NCBI GenBank assembly: GCA_038882475.1
Contig: JAVZOF010000002.1
Coordinates: 9,781-73,780, forward strand
DNA length: 64,000 nucleotides
Origin: Candidatus Bathyarchaeia archaeon
GTDB taxonomy: Archaea; Thermoproteota; Bathyarchaeia; Bathyarchaeales; Bathycorpusculaceae
Direction of reading: 5' to 3'
This document shows positions 58,400-64,000 of the stretch, in pieces. The notes beneath the pieces are model-generated. The model worked only from the letters and a program-made list of their open reading frames with translations, ran no database searches and was not told the origin of the DNA. Made by a program: the position numbers and the translations under genes. How positions within the stretch are numbered: position 1 is the stretch's first letter; every line of letters starts with the position of its first letter.

Positions 58400-59944
58400 A
58401 TGAAGTATGATACTATATTGGTGTTGGATTTTGGGGGGCAATACTGCCACCTTATAGGAAGACGCATAAGAGAAAACGGTGTGTATTCAGAAATTGTCCC
58501 CCACAACGTAAACCTTAAGACAATAAGGCTTCTAGGCGAAAAATTCAACATTAAGGGAATAATTTTTTCGGGGGGTCCGGCAAGCGTTTTTGATATTGAT
58601 GCACCTAAACCAGATAAAGGCGTTTTGGATTTAGGATTGCCAATTCTAGGCTTATGTTATGGACACCAGCTTATAGCCCGAATCTTTGGAGGGGAAGTTA
58701 AGCCAGCTAAAAGAAGGGAGTATGGTTCAGCATATGTGACCATAGACAAACCAGTTGGGGTCCTTAAGGGTTTAGGCAGAAAAGAGAAAGTTTGGATGAG
58801 CCACAGTGATACAGTGTTTTCGGTTCCGTTGGAATTCGAAGTTTTAGCCCACACACAGAATTGCCCTGTCGCCGCTTTTAGGCATGAAGAAAAACCGATT
58901 TATGGTTTGCAGTGGCATCCAGAAGTTGTGCACACTGTGCACGGCATGCAAATGATTCGCAACTTTATTTTCGAAGTGTGCAAATGTGCTGCTAACTGGA
59001 AAATGGAAGACGTTGTGGAAAGAATGGTTAACGAAGTGAAAAACGAAGTAGGCGCTGGCAAGGCTATTATAGCCTTAAGCGGAGGCATAGACTCCAGCGT
59101 AGCCACAGCTATAGCGGCCAAAGCGTTAGGCGATAGGTTGACGGCGGTTTTTGTCGACCATGGTTTTATGAGGGAAAAGGAGCCGGAGTTTGTGAGGGAT
59201 ACTTTTGAAAGGTTTGGAATAAGCTTTGTAACGGTTAATGTGCAAGATAGGTTTTTTAAAAAACTTAAAGGCATAACAGAACCAGAAAGAAAAAGGAAGG
59301 TTATAGGCGAAGAGTTCATACGGGTCTTTGAAGAAGTTGCCGAAAAAACTGGCGCAGAATACTTAATTCAAGGAACAATATACCCCGACAGAATTGAATC
59401 CGGATTTAGGAGATTTTCAGACAAAATTAAAACACACCATAATGTGGCTGGGCTTCCAACAAAAATCAAATTTAAGAAAATAGTGGAGCCCCTACGCGAC
59501 CTATACAAGGATGAAGTTAGAAGAGTGGCTAAAATGCTGGGATTGCCAAAAGAAATCGCTTTTAGGCAACCCTTCCCAGGACCGGGACTTGCTGTAAGGG
59601 TTATTGGCGAAGTAACCAGAGAAAAAATCGACATTGTTAGAAGGGCAGATGGAATTGTGAGGGAGGAAATTGAAAAAGGCGGTTTAAAGGATAGATTGTG
59701 GCAGTATTTCGCCGTTTTAACAGATACGAAAGCCACCGGAGTTAAGGGCGACGCTAGAGCCTACGGTTATGTTGTCGCCATAAGGATGGTGGAAAGCCGC
59801 GAAGCCATGACCGCCAGCTTTGCAAGAATCCCATTTAAAGTGCTGGAGAAAATTTCTACGAGGATAACTAACGAGATTCCGCAAGTTGTCAGAGTTGTTT
59901 ATGATGTGACCCATAAGCCTCCGGCGACAATAGAATGGGAATAG
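58400..59944 (+). CDS. guaA: GMP synthase (fused glutaminase and ATPPase domains)
   Basis: LDFGGQY, GLCYGHQ, QWHPEV, SGGIDS, IKTHHN, KPPATIEWE. Confidence 0.96.
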   Translation: MKYDTILVLDFGGQYCHLIGRRIRENGVYSEIVPHNVNLKTIRLLGEKFNIKGIIFSGGPASVFDIDAPKPDKGVLDLGLPILGLCYGHQLIARIFGGEVKPAKRREYGSAYVTIDKPVGVLKGLGRKEKVWMSHSDTVFSVPLEFEVLAHTQNCPVAAFRHEEKPIYGLQWHPEVVHTVHGMQMIRNFIFEVCKCAANWKMEDVVERMVNEVKNEVGAGKAIIALSGGIDSSVATAIAAKALGDRLTAVFVDHGFMREKEPEFVRDTFERFGISFVTVNVQDRFFKKLKGITEPERKRKVIGEEFIRVFEEVAEKTGAEYLIQGTIYPDRIESGFRRFSDKIKTHHNVAGLPTKIKFKKIVEPLRDLYKDEVRRVAKMLGLPKEIAFRQPFPGPGLAVRVIGEVTREKIDIVRRADGIVREEIEKGGLKDRLWQYFAVLTDTKATGVKGDARAYGYVVAIRMVESREAMTASFARIPFKVLEKISTRITNEIPQVVRVVYDVTHKPPATIEWE

Positions 59945-59954
59945 TAATGTTGCT

Positions 59955-60713
59955 TTAAACCTTTGACTTGGCAATTAAATCTTCAACTTTTGTCTTTTTC
60001 AATGAGGCAATATGCTTAACTAGCTCGTTGACAACTATTTCGAAGACTTTTCTGCCTTTTTCCACTGAGGCTGTTGTTGATTTGCCAAAAACGCCTGAAC
60101 CCGTGTGGTCTGCTGTGTCCAAAGGAAGCGTTACGCCTTCTGCTTCAACAGCGTGTTTGCGGATTTCTTCGTCAACAGCCTTTTCCATGCTAACAAGGTG
60201 CGAATGCAAAGCTAAATTCATGGAAGTTTCTTCCGCGCCGGCATGTCCCCTCTCATCTGGCTTGAATATGTCGGGCAAAAGCTTACTCGCAGCTGGCCAC
60301 CATTGAAAAACAGACACAAAAACTCCTTTTTCTCTTAGTTCTCTGGCTAATTCTGTTAAGGCGCTTAAGTTTCCGCCATGCCCGTTGACGATAACAATCT
60401 TTCTAACGCCATAATAGTTCAATGCGAGGCAAACTTCTTTGACGTAGTTTTGGAAAGTTTTAGGCGAAACGTAAACAGTGCCCCAGAACTGCCTATGATG
60501 GTGGCTTACACCGAAAGGTATGACTTGTAGACAGATGACTTCTGTGCGTTTGGCGGTTTCTTCAGCTATCGCTTTCGCTATCAAATGGTCTGTTCCGAGG
60601 GGATTTTGGGGACCATGTTGCTCATTTGAACCTACTGGAACTATGGCGATGTCGTTTTTGCTGAAATATTCCTTTGCTTCAGCCCAGCTCATCTCGTGGA
60701 GTAAAACCTTCAT
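59955..60713 (-). CDS. Creatininase-family amidohydrolase
   Basis: PVGSNEQHG, GTD, NGHGGN, HAG..ETS. Confidence 0.92.
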   Translation of the reverse strand: MKVLLHEMSWAEAKEYFSKNDIAIVPVGSNEQHGPQNPLGTDHLIAKAIAEETAKRTEVICLQVIPFGVSHHHRQFWGTVYVSPKTFQNYVKEVCLALNYYGVRKIVIVNGHGGNLSALTELARELREKGVFVSVFQWWPAASKLLPDIFKPDERGHAGAEETSMNLALHSHLVSMEKAVDEEIRKHAVEAEGVTLPLDTADHTGSGVFGKSTTASVEKGRKVFEIVVNELVKHIASLKKTKVEDLIAKSKV

Positions 60714-60781
60714 TAGCTTTCACCGTCCACGAAACTGTTTTATTGGGAATTATTCGAATATAAGCTTGCAGCTTAAACAAG

Positions 60782-61876
60782 GTGACCTTTTTGAAGGCTT
60801 TAATTCTTGCCGGAGGATTCGCGACAAGGCTTAGACCTCTAAGTTGTACACGGCCGAAAATTCTTTTCCCAATACTTAACAAGCCCTTGGTGGAGTGGAT
60901 TCTTGAAAGGCTTTCCCAAAGCAGTGTGAAAGAAGCCATATTTGCGGTCAACAGCCAAACAGCGCTTCATTTAAGGCGTTCAAAATTTTCAAAAAGCGGA
61001 ATAAAAATTGTTTACTCGTGTGACCCGCCGAAAAAACCTTTGGGAACAGGCGGACCAGTAAAAAGGGCGGAGAAGTTTCTGGACGAAGAATGCTTTTTGG
61101 TAGTTAACGGAGACATTTTCGCCAATATAAATTATGGGGAAATCATAAAAATGCACAGAGATAAAAACGCCGTTGCAACAATAGCCCTCTACCGTGTTAA
61201 AGACCCTTGTAGATATGGAGTTGCGGAATTAGCAAACGACGGCAGAATTAAAAGATTCATTGAGAAACCTCCAGCTGGAGCCTCTCCTTCAAATCTTATA
61301 AATGCTGGAATGTATGTTCTTAGCCAGAAAATTTTTAGTTATATTCCAAAAGGAAGAAAAGTTTCCTTGGAACGGGAAATTTTTCCAAAACTTGTGGAGG
61401 AGGGTAGGCTGTACGGTTACATGTTTGAGGGATTATGGAAGGATATAGGTAAGATGGAAGATTATTTTGAGTTAAATAAAATTTTGTTAGAGAATCTCTT
61501 TGAAAAGGAAAAAGACGTGGCAAAAGGAGGGGGAGAAATTAGTCCGCCTGCAGTTTGCGGTAAAGGCGTCTTTGTTGGGAAAGGCTCTATTATTGGACCA
61601 TATACGATTTTAGGGCAAAATGTCAAAGTTGGGAGAAACGTCTCTATAATAAACTCGATAGTGTTTCCCCAAGCTTTCATTAAAGATTCATGTGTGATTA
61701 ATGGAGCCGTGATAGGCGAAAACGTTGCCATTGGGAAAAGGGTTAAAATAAGCGAGAACTGTGTAATAGGCGACTACGCCATTATAGGAGATGACGTTAC
61801 ACTGGCAAAGGGTGTTTCAGTCTGTCCAGCGAAGGAAATTTTTGAAAGCGTAACAACTTCAAAATGCGTTTTTTAA
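60782..61876 (+). CDS. NDP-sugar pyrophosphorylase (mannose-1-phosphate guanylyltransferase-like)
   Basis: LAGGFATRLRPL..PK, FIEKP, WKDIG, hexapeptide-repeat C-terminus. Confidence 0.9.
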   Translation: MTFLKALILAGGFATRLRPLSCTRPKILFPILNKPLVEWILERLSQSSVKEAIFAVNSQTALHLRRSKFSKSGIKIVYSCDPPKKPLGTGGPVKRAEKFLDEECFLVVNGDIFANINYGEIIKMHRDKNAVATIALYRVKDPCRYGVAELANDGRIKRFIEKPPAGASPSNLINAGMYVLSQKIFSYIPKGRKVSLEREIFPKLVEEGRLYGYMFEGLWKDIGKMEDYFELNKILLENLFEKEKDVAKGGGEISPPAVCGKGVFVGKGSIIGPYTILGQNVKVGRNVSIINSIVFPQAFIKDSCVINGAVIGENVAIGKRVKISENCVIGDYAIIGDDVTLAKGVSVCPAKEIFESVTTSKCVF

Positions 61877-61897
61877 CTGGAAGGAGGATGTTGGCAC

Positions 61898-63280
61898 GTG
61901 TTAAGCTCTAGGAGACTTTTTGGAACAAATGGTATTCGAGGAGTTGCCAACAAAGAGTTAACCCCAGAACTGGCGGCAAACATTGGAAGTGCCATAGGGA
62001 CTTTCTTCCAAGCTGGAAACTTGATAGTAGGATACGATGCTAGAACAAGCAGCCCAATGCTTGCTAAAGCTGTCTTATCTGGGTTAAACGCTGCTGGCTG
62101 TAATGTTTTGTTTGCTGGCATGGCACCAACACCAGCATTGCAGTATGCCGTTAAAAACCATGGGGCGGATGGTGCAGTTATAATAACAGCCTCTCATAAT
62201 CCGCCAGAATATAACGGGATAAAGGTTGTGTGGAATGATGGAATAGAAATCTCGCGGGAGCAGGAAATAGAGATTGAAAACATATTTTTTGATGAAAAAA
62301 TGCGTTATGCGGAATGGGATAAAATCGGAACTGTGCAAAAGCTCACTGGAATTATAGACGAATACGCGGAAGCTATCAAAAAGCATGTGGATGTCGCTAA
62401 AATAAGGGAAAAGCATTACCACGTTGTGGTTGATGCTGCAAATAGTGTAGCAGCCCTTGCAGTCCCAAGGCTCCTCAGAGACATGGGATGCAAAGTCACA
62501 ACAATAAACGCAAACATTGACGGAACTTTTCCAGCAAGGCTGCCGGAACCGCGACCAGAAAACCTTAAAGATTTAGCTCTAACCGTTAGGGCGGTAAGTG
62601 CGGACTTAGGAGTTGCATTTGACGGAGACGCTGACCGGTCGATCTTTATTGACGAAAAGGGTGAGATTCACTGGGGTGACAAGACCTTCGCCCTTATTGA
62701 AAAATATTTTTTAATGCGGAACCCGGGTGAAAAGGTTGTGTCGCCTATTAGTTCTTCAACTTTGATTAAAGACATTGCAGATGCCTATGGAGGGGAAGTG
62801 GTTTGGACAAGGGTTGGAAGCGTCATCGTGTCCCACACGATGAAGAAGCTAAACGCAAAACTTGGCGGCGAAGAAAATGGCGGAATCTTTTACGGACTGC
62901 ATCAAGCAGTTAGAGACGGAGGGATGGCGACAGCCATTATACTTAACATAATGGCTGAAACAGACAAGAAGCTTTCCCAACTCCTCGGGGAGCTCCCTAA
63001 ATACTTTATTGAGAAGGGCAAAGTGGAATGTCCAAGCGAAATTAAAGAAAAGGTTTTGGAAAGACTTATTGAACAAACGAAAGGGCTGAACACAAATACA
63101 ATCGACGGAGTTAAAATATGGTTTGAAGATAAAAGCTCAATTTTAATGAGGCCAAGCGGAACCGAGCCATTGTATAGGCTTTATGCAGAGGCAAAAACGA
63201 AGAATAGGGCTGAAGAGCTGATTAACGACTTTAGTTTAAAGCTTAAAAGGATAATTGGTAGCTTAAAAGCTAAGAAGTAA
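61898..63280 (+). CDS. glmM: Phosphoglucosamine mutase / phosphomannomutase
   Basis: LFGTNGIRG, TASHNP, FDGDADR, GEENG, RPSGTEP. Confidence 0.88.
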   Translation: MLSSRRLFGTNGIRGVANKELTPELAANIGSAIGTFFQAGNLIVGYDARTSSPMLAKAVLSGLNAAGCNVLFAGMAPTPALQYAVKNHGADGAVIITASHNPPEYNGIKVVWNDGIEISREQEIEIENIFFDEKMRYAEWDKIGTVQKLTGIIDEYAEAIKKHVDVAKIREKHYHVVVDAANSVAALAVPRLLRDMGCKVTTINANIDGTFPARLPEPRPENLKDLALTVRAVSADLGVAFDGDADRSIFIDEKGEIHWGDKTFALIEKYFLMRNPGEKVVSPISSSTLIKDIADAYGGEVVWTRVGSVIVSHTMKKLNAKLGGEENGGIFYGLHQAVRDGGMATAIILNIMAETDKKLSQLLGELPKYFIEKGKVECPSEIKEKVLERLIEQTKGLNTNTIDGVKIWFEDKSSILMRPSGTEPLYRLYAEAKTKNRAEELINDFSLKLKRIIGSLKAKK

Positions 63281-63309
63281 CAGTTTCTGCAAGCTCGGAG
63301 GAAAATCAA

Positions 63310-64000
63310 TTGTCATCAATAGTCGACAAAGAACTCGTGGGAAACAAAAATGAAGGACTAGGCGAAAAACCTACGGTAAGCGTTGTAGGCTGCGAGCGAA
63401 ATGGGATTTTACATGCATGCCTTTTTGCAGAAGCGGGGTTCAGAGTTATATGTACTGATAACGACCGGGCTTTTGTAGACCGCGTTTCAAAAGCTAAAGT
63501 TCCATTTTTAAAAAATGAAGTGGAGCCTATTCTCAGAAGAAATCTGGTAAATGGACGCTTAAAAGTTGTTAGCGAAGTGGAGAACGCTTCAACTCAAAGT
63601 GACATCATAATAGTTACAACTACCGCTACTATGAATGAGAAAGGTAAGATAGACTACTCCAATATGGAGCGAATGCTGAGGCGGCTTGGCGCAAATCTTC
63701 ACAAAAATACATTAATCATAATGGCAAGCGTCGTCGGAATAGGCGTTACAGAAAACATCATTAAAGAGATTCTTGAAAGCGTTTCCGGGCTTAAAGTAAA
63801 CGCAGATTTCTATTTAGCCTACAGCCCAGCTCCATTTCCAGAAGAACAAACTCTTAACAATTTGTTAAATTGTAAACGGATTGTTGCAGCGTTAGACAAA
63901 GCTGGTCTAGAAAGGGCTTCAAATGTTATAGGCGCTATAACAAGAGCGCCGCTTATAAAAAGTTTGGACATAAAAGCCGCAGAGGCTGCCGTGCTCTTTG
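63310..64000 (+). CDS. Nucleotide-sugar dehydrogenase homolog with degenerate motifs (partial, runs off right edge)
   Basis: Manual translation, open to the window end: TVSVVGCERNG..LFAEAGFRV..SDIIIV..SGLKVNADFYLAYSP..KAAEAAVLF. Confidence 0.75.
   Translation, partial: MSSIVDKELVGNKNEGLGEKPTVSVVGCERNGILHACLFAEAGFRVICTDNDRAFVDRVSKAKVPFLKNEVEPILRRNLVNGRLKVVSEVENASTQSDIIIVTTTATMNEKGKIDYSNMERMLRRLGANLHKNTLIIMASVVGIGVTENIIKEILESVSGLKVNADFYLAYSPAPFPEEQTLNNLLNCKRIVAALDKAGLERASNVIGAITRAPLIKSLDIKAAEAAVLF

Noticed and set aside
58400-59944. Fused GMP synthase as a novelty
   Set aside because: Fused GuaA is already known in several archaeal lineages
1-64000. CRISPR array, rRNA, and the many short opposite-strand ORFs
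   Set aside because: No regularly spaced repeats or rRNA-like sequence seen; the short ORFs lie antisense to or within well-supported genes

Overview
Archaeal chromosomal segment. Gene content and frequent TTG/GTG starts suggest Candidatus Bathyarchaeia (inference). From left to right: part of the ribosomal protein operon (rps4e-rpl24-rpl14-rps17-rnp1-rpl29-rps3-rpl22); [NiFe]-hydrogenase maturation genes (hypE, hypD, hypC, hypF) with a TrmB regulator; a tetraether lipid synthase (Tes); a nine-gene acyl-CoA/beta-oxidation cluster with ETF; alaS, tiaS, nnr and tsr3; an unusual CstA locus; peptide/amino-acid genes; RNase P RNA; housekeeping genes; an archaellum cluster with four archaellins between tRNA-Ala(GGC) and tRNA-Leu(GAG); lrp/glnA, guaA and sugar-nucleotide genes. 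No CRISPR array, integrase or transposase was seen. The best candidate for an undescribed system is the locus at 29.4-34.5 kb: a multipass CstA transporter, two reciprocally degenerate Get3/ArsA-type ATPases, two small paralogous proteins, and a single-TM protein that by eye resembles eukaryotic CCDC47 (PAT complex). The second candidate is an archaellin whose cleavable leader peptide carries a zinc ribbon. All family assignments come from motif recognition by eye, not from database searches.
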